64,000 bases of DNA from Camelus dromedarius (Eukaryota): positions 108,688,001 through 108,752,000 of the forward strand of contig NC_087437.1 of NCBI RefSeq assembly GCF_036321535.1, read 5' to 3'. Below the pieces are notes generated by a model. It worked only from the letters and a program-made list of their open reading frames with translations. It was not told where the DNA came from and searched no databases. A program made the translations under genes and the position numbers. This document shows, piece by piece, positions 13,958-25,893 of the stretch; the first letter of the stretch is position 1, and every line of letters starts with the position of its first letter.

Positions 13958-14103
13958 GAGAGGGTATAGCTCAAGTGGTAGAGCACGTGCTTAGCATGCA
14001 ACAAGGTCCTGGGTTCAATCCCCAGTACCTCCTCCAAAAATAAACAAACCTACTTACTTCCCCCCACCACCAAAACAAAAATAATTAAGTAATACAATAA
14101 TAA
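13958..14103 (+). mobile_element. tRNA-Ala-derived SINE (vic-1-like)
   Basis: tagctcaagtggtagagc, ggttcaatcc; TSD core gcatctagag at 13948-13957 and 14110-14119. Confidence 0.9.
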
Positions 14104-14846
14104 GGTGGGGCATCTAGAGTGAAATTAATAGACACATAATTCTGAGGATCCCATACTTGTGTTAGGTTCCAAATCATTTCCCAGTTTCTGTTCCATTTCC
14201 ACAGGGACTTTTCTACTATGAACCCTGCACTTGGGTTTCTGAGACACTATTTTTCTAAACGATATATGTATACTGCTACATTAAAACTTTTTTAATTGTT
14301 GGAATAAGTGACCCTCTAGTCTTTACAACCAAAAGAACTGAATAAAACTTTGCACAATTATTTTATTGTACTATGTACTGCTAAATTCTATTTAGTAGAA
14401 TATAATTCTACTTAGTAGAATAAAAGTCTATTTGGTAGATTAGTAAACCATTTTTTCACACTATATGCTACTTAATTTTGCTATGTCAAATAAGACTGAA
14501 ATTAATAGGGATTAGGCATCTGGTTTGCTGATTCCTAAGCCTGATTTATAATTGCTGCATTATATTGCCTGTCATTCTTTTGGCTAATCTGACTGGCTCA
14601 AATATAATCATTGAGAATCTTAAGAATTCAGTAGGACATACCAAGAAGAGACATCTAGTACCATGCCTTATCCATCAACCCGAAGATTATTTTCTTCTAA
14701 GACCAATTCCATATTCTCTAGGAGAAAATTTGGGGCATTTGGCTTTTGTCCATCCATATCTTCTATACCAATGAGAAGCTGGGATATTTTTTTCAAATGT
14801 GATGAAACTATGTGTAGAAATACGTGTATTGATTATTTATGAAAGC

Positions 14847-14855
14847 AATAAATAA

Positions 14856-14890
<35 letters not shown>

Positions 14891-14891
14891 A
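14847..14891. repeat. (TAAA)n microsatellite
   Basis: Directly visible. Confidence 0.95.
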
Positions 14892-16199
14892 TGTTCTCAC
14901 ACTAGGTCAAGCAAGCTTCTCTTTAGGGAAACTCTTTGGCCAATAAAGTTGAGCCAAAGAGTTTCCAATCTCGGACTTACTCAAGGCACTCAGCCCTGTA
15001 AATTTCATTTCCATCAACAATAATGAGTTCTGCATGCTTTAGAAAAGAACAAAACACTTTGTTCTTTCCCTGAATTCTGACTCTCAGTGTCCCTACTGCC
15101 CCTAATGCATCTAGCTCTTCTGATGCTCATAGGAACCTTTGCATGTTCCAATGTAATGTTAACATTTCCCTCATTGGCTCATTAACTGCCCTCCAGTGCA
15201 GGTTAACCAGTGAACCCCAAAAGAGGTCTCCAGTTGCTCTGCAAGAGTGGTGAGCAATTCTCACCCTGCACTCCAGCCAACAAAAATGTTGGGACTTTTT
15301 TTACAAGCAACAGAAGTCCCAGAAGGCTACATGATTTCATGGCATAATACATGCAGAAAAATAATACAAAGTTTTTATGGCTCTGGGAGAGCCAACTGAT
15401 CTCAGTAATGCCCCAAGGCAGGTAAATGTGGTGTGTCTTCACGCAGCCTCATGCCTTGACAATGTTAATCTAGAGCCCTGAGGCTTGAAGTGCTACTTGG
15501 GTAACCACTTGCACGAGGTTCTGCGTAAGTGCATTTATATGGAATTGGTACCTTACCTAAGAAATCAGGAGAATTATTTATTTGAAGCATGAAAGCTGTT
15601 AGTTTAATGAAGGGGATGTTTTTATACCCTTGGTAAGCCAAGAAATATACCTTCCATTTCCCACTGGGAAAGAAACAGGACTTTTGCCAATGGAAGTCCA
15701 GACAGATATTAGCCTCTGGCAGCTGACTTCCACCCAACCTACATGTTCCTTGAAAAGCTTTCCCTACTCCCTGATGGGTTCCCTATATACATACCACAGT
15801 GATAAATGTACACAGTGGTAGTATCAGAAGCAGGGAAAACTTTTCAAAGGTTGCCATTTCATCATAGACCATGTTAGATGGTCAATATTTAACACCAAGC
15901 AGGAGATGTTGGCTGTGGTAGCCCCTACAAAATAAAGTGAAGAAATGATGGTGGAGAAGGATGATCCAAGTAATTTAAGGAGAAATCCTTCCACTCAGAA
16001 TCACTTACAACATTTACTCACTTACTGAAATTTTAATGTTCATATAAATTTCCTTAATATACAGATTTGCTCAGGCTGAGGGTCAAACCGTGAACATCAT
16101 GTTCTAGGTGATATTTGGCATGCCCAAAATGTCATGGAGTATCCAGAAGACAAAGTCTATCCTTGTCTTTTATCAAATATTCATCACTTTGCTTTTGCA

Positions 16200-16465
16200 T
16201 TTATACAACTATATATGTATGTGTATTAGGAATATATGTGTACATATACACAATATGTGTACACATATACATGTTATTACATACCATATTATGTTTTGAT
16301 ATATACATAATATATATAAATACACATAATACATATGTATATTATATATGTATTGGTATATGTATTGCTACATACATAATATATGCATATATACATAATA
16401 TTAATACATAACATATATGCATTGATATACATTTATATATATATATTCCTCATACATGCATATAG
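16200..16465. repeat. TA/CA-rich low-complexity tract
   Basis: Degenerate (TA)n/(CATA)n. Confidence 0.85.
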
Positions 16466-17420
16466 TTTTTTTCTTCACTGAGCTCTAAGATAACCACCAC
16501 CTAAAATATAACTGCTTACAGATACTGTTTAATTTCCTAAGAGTTCTTGAGCCTACAAACATTACTCTGGTCCAGGAAATTACACTGGCTAGATGCCTTC
16601 ATGAAACATTGACTAAATTTCAAAAGAAAATCTATTTCTCCAGAAAAAAATAAAAGATGTCATGTCCACGAGGTCTTTGTGAAAAGACAAAAAGGTCTAA
16701 GTGGTTCAAAACTATCCTTAGTGCCTGCAAGTAAAAAGGCACATGTATCCCAAACGTTGAAGCTGTCGCTTCCATATTTCTAAACCACATAAATTCACCA
16801 AGGTCTAGGCAGCTCTAGCTCATTCGATAGCATGTTCTGTTCTCATCCAGATACAGTTGTGTTAGTGAATCCAGAGGTTTTAGATTTTTCCCAACAGCTT
16901 CAATTGGATGATTTCATGCAGGCAAGCTGCCTCTTCTTTTTCATTCTAAGCCTTCACTGGGAGTATTCCGACACCAGGAGAAAAATATATTTTTTACTTT
17001 ACCCTAAAATTAAGATTTTCATAGTACCAATGTCTTCATATTTATAGATCACCTTTCCTTACTTGGAAGAAAAGCAACAAAACATGTGCAAATACCACGT
17101 TCAGCCACTACAGAAAACACCACCTTTTTTCCATACAAAAATGTCACCTTTGAGTATTCTCTACAATCCCTTAGGCTTTTCCTCCAGATCTTTTTTCAAA
17201 ATCTTACCACAGTTGAACTCGAGATTATGGAGAGCAGACTTCTGGAGGATGTGACTATAAAAAGACGGAGATATTAATTTTTAAATGCATTAAATGCATA
17301 TAAATAAACCCAATAATGCTCTCAACTGCATTTATATACTTACTATTCAATAAATATTAATTGGCACGTATATAATCTATATTTTGTTAATCGCATCATT
17401 AATAGAATGATCTGTTTAGA

Positions 17421-17712
17421 GCAGCACCGTCCAAAAAAAAATAATATGACCAACATATGTATGTAACTTAAATTTTCTCATTTCACATTCAAAAAGTACA
17501 AATCAATTGAAATTTAATACTATATTTTATTTTATTCAATATGTCCAAAACAGTAACATTTCAACATGTGATCGATATTTTAAAAATTATTAATGAGATA
17601 TTTTACATTCTTCTTTACAAAATTCAGTGTATTTTACACTTGCAGCACATCTCATTTTCCACTGGCCCAATTTTCAGGGCTCAGTAGCCCCAGGTGGGTG
17701 GACAGTGCAGAT
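17421..17712. mobile_element. hAT-Charlie MITE (MER3/MER33-like)
   Basis: Termini cagcaccgtcca ... tggacagtgcag; ttacacttgcagcacatctca core. Confidence 0.65.
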
Positions 17713-18063
17713 CTAAAGCATCCTGGATATTAAAGGGCTGGATAAGCACTGTATGCCCACTACCAGCTTCCCCCGCTTTCAGTGGGGTGCCAGTACATGT
17801 TAGAACTTTAAATTAGCCAGTCTTTTACATCTGCCATGCTTGGGGCTTTAGAGATTTGAAACTAGTGTCTAAATAACACACACACAAAAAAAAAAAAAAA
17901 AGGAAAAGAAAAAATGAAAAAAGAAACACACTAAAAAGGAAACTTAAAACTTTTTAATTAAAAAAAGAAAACAAACAAAAAGAAACTAGTGTCTAAAGTT
18001 TAAATTGTCTTTAATTGATATTAGTTGTATCATGTTAAGAAAACAACATCGATGGTGATTGAA

Positions 18064-18547
18064 GTATCGTTTCCCTATTGCTGCTGTAACAAATTCCCAC
18101 ACTCGTTGGCTTAAAACAACACAAATTTATTATCTTACAATTCATGAGATCAGAAATCTAAAATGGGCGGGCAGGGCTGCGTTCCTTCTGGGGCAAATCC
18201 ATTTCCTGGCCATTTCCAGCTTCTAGAAGCCACCTACCTACCTTGGCTCACTCTCTTCCTCCATCTTCAAAACCAGGACCATAGCATCTCCAAATTTCTC
18301 TCTCTCAATCTGACCACTGCTTCCATCACCATATTTCCTACCTTTGCTCTGACTCTGCTCCCTCCCTCTTAGAAGGAGGCTTATGATTACATGGCGCCCA
18401 CCTGAATAATAAAGGATAATCTCCCCCATCAATATCATTAATTTAATCATATATATAAAGTCTTCTTTGCCAGGTAAGGCAAAAGAGTCACAGACCCTGG
18501 GGATTAGGGTGTGGACATCTTTAGGGGACCATTAGTCTGTCCACCAT
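18064..18547 (-). mobile_element. MaLR LTR (MLT1C/D-like)
   Basis: ctattgctgctgtaacaaat...ggcttaaaacaacacaaatttattatcttaca...ggggattagggtgtggacatcttt. Confidence 0.8.
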
Positions 18548-18771
18548 GATCGAATATGTGCAACATAGGTCTACAGGTAAAATTCTGTCACAACACATCT
18601 AGTTACGATATAGATCTACATGTGACAAAAACTAGCTATGTGCTTGACAAATCCTTACTGTTTCAAGCAATATTTCATAAGAATAAATACATAGTACAAT
18701 AAATATTAGACATACTTGGCATTTGTTTTTAATAAGTAGGATTTGACAGTTTTAGAAGCAATTTAAGCTGT

Positions 18772-18948
18772 GGGGAGGGTTTAGCTCAGTGGTAGAGTGC
18801 ATGCTTAGCATGTGCAAGGTCCTGGGTTCAATCCCCAGTATGTCCATTAAAATAAATAAGTAAACCTAACTCCCTCCCACCAAAAACAAAAAACAAAAAA
18901 TAAATTAAAGAAAAAATACATATACCATTTCTTTTTTAAAAAATTAGG
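18772..18948 (+). mobile_element. tRNA-Ala-derived SINE (vic-1-like)
   Basis: Intact A/B boxes, cttagca anticodon-loop remnant; TSD aatttaagct at 18760-18769 and 18949-18958. Confidence 0.9.
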
Positions 18949-19069
18949 AATTTAAGCTAGAATTTTGTACCTTTTGATCTCCTTCACCCAATTCAAAAAG
19001 TACAAAAGGTCAAAAGGTGAAAACTTCCAGGATAATTACTCCTAGAAACTGCCAAATCCTACTTATTAA

Positions 19070-19570
19070 GAACAAATTAGGAGTTTGGGATTAACATATA
19101 CACATAACTATATATAAAATACATAAACAACAAGGACCTACTGTATAGCCCAGGGAACTATATTCAGTTCATGTAGTAACATATAATGGAAAAGAATCTG
19201 AAAATATGTATTTATGTATGTATGTGTATAACTGAATCACTTTGCTGTACACCTGAAACTAACATTGCAAACCAACCTCACTTCAATTAAAAAAAAATGC
19301 CAGGCATGAAAGTTCTGGGATGTCATGTACAGCATGACTATAGGTAATAATACTGTAGTATATGTTTGGAACTTGCTAGGAGAATAGATCTTAAAAGTTC
19401 TTATCACAAGAAAAAAAAAGTGTGACTATGTGAGGTGCATGGATGTCAGCTAGACTTATTGTGGTGATCATTTCCCAATATATACATATATCAAATCATT
19501 ATGTTGTATACTTTAAACTTATACACTGTTCTGGGGCCATTATAGCTCAATAAAACTGGAGAAAAAAGAA
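19070..19570 (+). mobile_element. two adjacent L1 3'-end fragments
   Basis: aacaacaaggacctactgtatagcccagggaactatattca...poly(A), then tagatcttaaaagttcttatcac...ctcaataaaactgga. Confidence 0.8.
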
Positions 19571-20209
19571 GTAATTTACATTTAGGCTCTGATGACTTAG
19601 GGAAAGTCAAGATAATAGGTGCCTGAGAGAAGGCTGGAGGGAAAACTCTCCAGGTGTGTATTACCTAGTTTTGAGCTGCTTTTCCAAATTTGCCAGGATA
19701 AATCTTCACCCATGCTGCCAAGTAATTAGTACCATATCTAGCATAAATAAGCCATAAAGGTAAACTTTGTCAAAAGAATGCAATTAAGTTTTTGATAGGA
19801 ATCCTATTCTTTGCTAAATTTATGTCATGAAGTAGAAAACATTTTAAATCACATCAGTAAATTTTTAATGAGAATAATATGAGGAAAGCATAGAGCCCAG
19901 GTCAGAACATTTCATAACTTCAACTATAAATACAATTTTCTTAAGAATAACAACTACTTTTAGAATATTCCTTTATTAGCAATCAGTACAGGCAAAATGA
20001 CCGTTTGACTTACAAACTATTCATTGACCCCACTGAAATGCAGTGCTTTTAAGGCTGTCTCTTCAACTTAACCATCCTCCGAGGTTCTATTTGTAAACTA
20101 TAATTGAAATTTTAAAACATGTGTTCCTGAGCTGCCTGGAACACCATCTGAATTCCCCACCTGACTGTTGGCGCGTGCCTCAGTCTTCAAGTATCTTGTC
20201 CTTGGGGGA

Positions 20210-20560
20210 TGTATTAGTAAGCTAGGGCTACCATAACAAAATACCACCGACTGAGTGGCTTAAACAACATCTATTTCTCACAGTTCTGGGCGCTGGAAGT
20301 CTGAGATCAGTCTGAGAGCTGTTTTCCTGGCTTGCAGATGGCTGCCTTCTCAGGATGTACCCACATGGCAGAAAGAGAGACAGCAAACTATGATGTCTCT
20401 TCTTATAAGGACATTAATCTCATCATGAAGTCCTGCCTTCTCATGACCTCATCTAAACCTAATTACCTCCCAAAGGTCCCACATCCAAATGCCATCACCT
20501 TAGGGGTTATGGCTTCTAGGCAAGAATTTTGATGTAGGTACCACAATTCGGTCCACAGGA
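20210..20560 (-). mobile_element. MLT1A-like solo LTR with 5-bp TSD GGGGA
   Basis: tgtattagtaagctagggctaccataacaaaataccac...; GGGGA at 20205-20209 and 20561-20565. Confidence 0.85.
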
Positions 20561-22214
20561 GGGGATACACAAGATCCAGGTGAAGAACAGCCTCCGAGTG
20601 ATGGTACATGCTCTGATGAAAGTCAGCATTTCGTCATCCTCCAGTTCTCCCAGGGGCTTCTTCCAGGCTGGAGACAAAGTAAGCGTGATTACTGCTGAAA
20701 GCTCATTTCTCAGGATCAATAAACATTGCTTCGATGTGCAACCTCCAAAGGGTGTTTCCTACCCAAAAGTGTAGCTTTGCAGTTAAACAATTACATTCTT
20801 AAAATGATGTCTATAGAGATTGAGTTTTCTTGAATCGACATCTCTAAGGAGAAACCAAAAGCCTACGTAGGAATACTACTTTCTTACTTACTCTTACTTT
20901 TTAAAATATTTTTATTTTTCTTGACATAGGAACGGGTAGGGTAAAGTTTCATAAGCCAGGAAAGAGATTCAGTTTATGGCTTTTAAACTAAAATATCACT
21001 GCCTAAAAGAGAAGTGAATGATAAGTACTCATGATAATCATTTTCATGAAAATTCAGCTTCAGAAACACACTGAATTTCATTCATGGTTTGTCTTTTTAA
21101 AAAAGGAAAGGGTAATCATAAACCATAGAGGTTAACTGGAAAGGTGGTCTATTTCTGTGCTTTATCCTGTATAAACACAATATCATTATGACTCCTGTTA
21201 TAAATTTCAGTAAAGTATGATTAACACGACAGCAAGGGTGCCATTAAAATGTGAATATTAACTTCCCAATAATTTCTAGAAACTGAAATGGAATCTGGCA
21301 ATAACATGACATTTTGACACCAATGAAAATATTTTATGTAGTTATGTAAGCGATAAAAATAAATGTTTTATAAAAATTTACCCAGAAGGACTTATAACTA
21401 GGAAAAACAATCATAATTAACAAGTTTCGTAAAGTACACAGCTGCCAAAGATAACTTTTAGACCAGCTGAAGGTGATGAGGTCATTGCTGGTCCTAAGTC
21501 CGTAAGACCTGAACACCTGTAGAGATTTTTTTTAAAGTACTGAAAGGAATTAATTTTCTAACTACAGACAGGCTGTGGGAGTCTCCCTCTTCTACGTGAC
21601 TCTCTATTATGCCAAAGTATCGGAACTGAATGCATACTTCAGCTTTTCTAGCAGCTGTTCCTATGGTGCAGAAGTAAATGTGTAAACTCTACCAGTACCA
21701 GCTGGAAGAAAAAGACATGAATCTACTCTTTCTGAATGTATTATGGAGTCTAGACTTTGTTTCCAGAATAGAATGTGTCTAAAGCAACCAAATTTAAGAA
21801 GAGGGTTGTGAAATTATCCACTGGATGAGTAACCATCTTGACAATTCAACTGGCTGATGCAAAGACAGCTGTATTGGCAGGTGACCATACCATGTACTCT
21901 GCCGGCTGTGTGGTACTGGAGAGATTCTTTTCAACATTTTTAACTGAGATTATTATAGCATAAGAATATTAACAACAGCAACATCAGAAGCACAAAAACC
22001 AATTTTGTCAAACATATTTTTTTCAATATGTACATCATTGATCACTGTATTTATAAGGTCTACTGAGTATTTTTAAGTTGAATAATAATTATGGTAATAG
22101 TAATAATAAAAGAAGGCATTTCATTAACTAAAACATGCTTATCTTTTGACTCTACTTTTAACCATAATTTTAATAAAAATATACATCTAAGTCTAGCCAA
22201 ATACGAAAAAAAAT

Positions 22215-23300
22215 TTTTTTTAGTGAGTCTTTTTAGAGCAGTTTTAGATTCACAGCAAAACTGAATGGAAAGAACAGAGTATACCCCTTTCCCCCCACAC
22301 ACACATACTCTCTCCCTACTATCAACATCATTTGTTACAATCAAAGAACCTACACTAACACATCACCATCATCCAAAATCCATAGTTTATATTAGGGCTT
22401 ATACTTGGTATTGTACATTCTGTGGGTTTTGACAAATGTATAATGACATGTATCCACCATCTCATTTCATACAGAATAGTTCCACTGCCTTAAAAATCCT
22501 GTAAGTTCTGTCTATTCACCCTTCTTACCCACTAAACCCTGGAAACCAATGTTATTTTTACCGTCTCTATAGTTTTGCCTTTTTTAGAATGTCATATAGT
22601 TAGACTCATACCATATATCACCTTTTCAGTTTGGCATCTTATGTATTTAAGTTTCCTCCATATCTTTTCATGACTTGATAGTTCATTTCTTTTTAGAGTT
22701 AAATAATATTCCATTGTCTGAATGTTATCACAGTTTATTTAACCATTCACCTATTGAAAGATATCTTAGGTGCCTCCAAATTTGGGCAATTATGAATAAA
22801 GCTGCTATATACATCCATGAGCAGGTTTTTTGGGGGGCATAAGTTTTCCTGCCCTTTGGGTGAACATCAAGGAGTGTGATTGCTGGATCATATGGTCATA
22901 ATATGTTCAGTTTTGTAAGAAACCACCAAACTGTCTTCCAAAGTGGCTGTACCATTTTGCATTCCCACCAACAACGTATGAGGGTTCCTATTGCCACATT
23001 CTTACCAGCATTTGGTGTTATCAGTGTTTTTTGGATTTTGGCCATTCTAATAGATGAGTAGTCATATCTCATTGTTTCAATCTGAGATTTCCTAATCACA
23101 TATAATGTTGAACATGTTTTCATATGCTTACTTGCAATCTGTATGTCTTCTCTGGTGAGATGTCTGTTCAGATCTTTTGTTCATTTTTTAATCAGGTTAT
23201 TTGTTTTCTTACTGTTGAGTTTTAAGAGTTCTTTGTGTATTCTGGATGCCTGTATTTTATAAGACGTGTCTTTTGCAAATAGTTTCTCCCAGTCTGTGTC
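22215..23300 (-). mobile_element. old L1 3' region (L1MB-like)
   Basis: The - strand ORF 22896-23123 gives L1 ORF2 C-terminal motifs ([16 protein letters not shown]). Confidence 0.85.
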
Positions 23301-23309
23301 ATAGTGTTT

Positions 23310-23465
23310 CTTTGTTTTAATATTCTTTTTAAACAAAAACATTTTTGTAGGGTGGAAGTAATTAGGTTTATTTATTTATTTATTTTTAATGGAGGTACTA
23401 GGAATTAAACCCAGGACCTCATGCATGCTAGGAGTGCACTCTACCACTGAGCTATACCCTCCCCC
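23310..23465 (-). mobile_element. tRNA-Ala-derived SINE (vic-1-like)
   Basis: ctctaccactgagctataccctccccc; gtaattaggtttatttattt tail. Confidence 0.9.
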
Positions 23466-25893
23466 ACATCGTGTGTTAAGTGTAGTGATCAACTTTGAGG
23501 GGTTGATGCTTTATGAAAACAAAAAAGAAAAATTGGAAGGAATTCTCTGGTTGTAAAGATTTGGTGGATTTTGAAGATGCACTAAAAATGATCTATCTTC
23601 AGTTCATGCATTATTTCACTAACTACTAAACTATGGTGGAATTAACTGAAATCCTCTATGGAATCCCCTTATATCAGCATAAGACTTGGAAACTAATCAA
23701 GGTTGGTGCCACCCTTGGATATCACGAAGAGAACCAGGTGCAATTTGTGGCTTCTACTAAAATGCAAGCCAGGCTAAAGTGAGACAAGAAGCTGCTAAAT
23801 GTTTTTTGCCAGAAAAAAAGAAGGGTATTATCTTTTATGCAAGAGGCTTGTACCAAAGCCTTTTTAAGAGAAGAAATATACCTTGTTACAGTATGCTATT
23901 AGACTCCATTGCCTCTGAGAAAAAAGAACTTTCACTAGGAACACAAAATCAAAATGCCTGATTAAGCATTTTTTTTCTATCAGCTTTATTATCCAACATT
24001 TAAACTATTATTTTCTTATTAGTTTACTTGGACGATTAGTATTCGACATCAGAGCCCAGTGACATGAAATTTATGTTTCAATTGTTTATGCTTACTAAAG
24101 CTTGCTATTAGTGAAAACAAATATATGTATGTGTATGCATGACTGGGATATTGTGTTGTGTACCAGAAACTGACATATTGTAACTGACTATACTTCAGTA
24201 AAAAAAAAAAAATTGATAATAGGTTAGTGCTTCTATTTTTTTTTTTGAAGTATGGTTGATTTACAATGTTGTGTTAGTTTCTGGTGTACAGCACAGCAAT
24301 TCAATCATATATATATTCCATTTATATTCCTTGTCACTGTAGGTTATTACAAGATATTGCATATAGTTCCCTGTGCTATACCATAGGACCTTGTTGTTTA
24401 TCTATTGTATATATTGTAGCTTGCTGACCAAGCATTGGATTTCACTACCATACCACCAAAACCACTAATAGTAATGGTGCCAAACACCCTTAAAATAGCA
24501 AATGTAAAACATCTCTGAAATAAGAAGGCATTACCACCACATACCAGAAAATACAGAGAATCCCCATATATCAGTGAGGGTTTTGTTGCATACAACAGAA
24601 TCCACTCTAGTTAGTTCAAACTAAAAGGAATTTTTTATAGGATATCCAATTGGTATTATAATCATTGGAAGGTTTTAAAGAAGATCAGCTCTAAACTGAA
24701 CTTCCAGGAACACCTGTTAAAGTCACATTACAGAACTGAGCTCCTGGCACTGCCACAGTCAGGAAACCATGGAATCAGTGATCAGCTGCTACAGCTGCTA
24801 ACTCCAGACCCAGAATCCATATGCCCCCAACCTTAGCAGCAAAGTGAAGAAATTTTGCTCTGCTTCTCAATATCTATGAAGCTAGAGGCCTAAGACTGAG
24901 AATCCTGCCACAGTTGTTGCAGAAAAATCAAACTCTTCTGCAACTTGGCTTGCCAGCAGAAATAAGAGGCAAGAAGTCAGCCTCTGACTCTTCCATTATG
25001 CCTTTCAAATTTTATGTGGTTGTAAATAACTGGTGGGAGTTAAATTTCATCTAAAACTGGAGCTTCAGGGGAATCTCAAAAACATAGTTTTGAGGGTTGC
25101 AGCCTCAGTAACTCAGGAAAACTTGCTATAAGGAAGATGGAAAGGATAGTGGGAGTGAGGTGATAGTGTTCTACTCATCCTGAAAAAAGAGCAGGAAGTA
25201 TGTTTCTGTCGGAGGAAAGTCAGGAGTAATTCCAGGAGAACATCAAGTGTAGAGGATGGGAACATAAGGAGTTGGAGGGAGTCCAGGAGCAACCACCAGG
25301 GTGGCTGATTCCATCAACATTAGAGCTACCTCAAACTCCATGCCTTGAATAGATAACAGATACAGACTGGAGTATTGGATGTGGGTGTTGGGTCAAAGGC
25401 CATGCTTAAGAGAAACAGGAAGCTCCCCTTCCTTAAGAGAAGTTACTGGTGTGCCCTGCCTCATAGCACACCTTATCTTCTAAAATCCCTGGAGGCTGAC
25501 TGTAGTATGCATACTGCTTTCATACACAGGCTAACAAAACCTCAATACAAAGATGAGCGTCCAACCAGAAATTAAACATCTGAAGTAAATAAACACCATG
25601 AAAGAGAAACATACAACCTAATGAATAAAGAAAACCACCAGACAAATTAGAATTTATACAGCAAACAAATGGAAACTTCAAAAAAAAAGTACAATTGAAA
25701 ATCTCAGAGGGATGAGAATAGATACTATATCCATGAAACAAAAGATTATTACTTTTTAAAACCCTATACTGGGGGAAAAAAGGCTTGCTAAATAAAAATC
25801 TGAATAGAAAAGACAAAAAGAAGACTATATTCAACTAAAGAGATAATGTATTAGCTGACAACCTAAATCTCCCTAAAAATGACAAACAGATTG

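Larger units (their letters stand above)
4380..21701 (-). pseudogene. decayed multi-exon gene remnant encoding LRR repeats followed by cadherin repeats
   Basis: Series of - strand AG...GT-bounded segments in non-repeat DNA. LRR-like: PFGGCTSKQCLLILRNELSAV (from 20752), NHPIEAVGKNLKPLDSLTQLYLDENR (16913-16836). Cadherin-like: QLLIGIEDMDGQKP (from 14781), GWVFAPNPNLGGN...DKTG...SDSVSPQPL (13841-13461), SGQVIT/DWEQSRVSQLAVRCS (12614-12538), GNVKGLDFRS*QNTTG (12221-12174). Contains stops, frameshifts and TE insertions; outer limits uncertain. Confidence 0.65.

Noticed and set aside
10135..14445. Short local tandem repeats (ttatcaa-type at about 10140, 21-bp duplication at about 13899, three ~20-bp units at about 14388); similar ones at 31145, 60547 and 61505
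   Set aside because: Ordinary slippage duplications without unique spacers; not CRISPR-like, and the DNA is eukaryotic.
10783..15590. Spliced 45-aa signal-peptide-like micropeptide MLQINNSPDFLVLVWLLLVDLKG... on the - strand
   Set aside because: It needs several intervening exon remnants skipped and has a weak Kozak context; the segments are better explained as internal parts of the cadherin relic.
18772..18846. tRNA-Ala(AGC)-like genes (also at 7.5, 12.2, 14.0, 23.4, 27.9 and 30.1 kb)
   Set aside because: Each continues into the same non-tRNA tail with an A-rich end, several with TSDs; they are SINEs, not tRNA genes.
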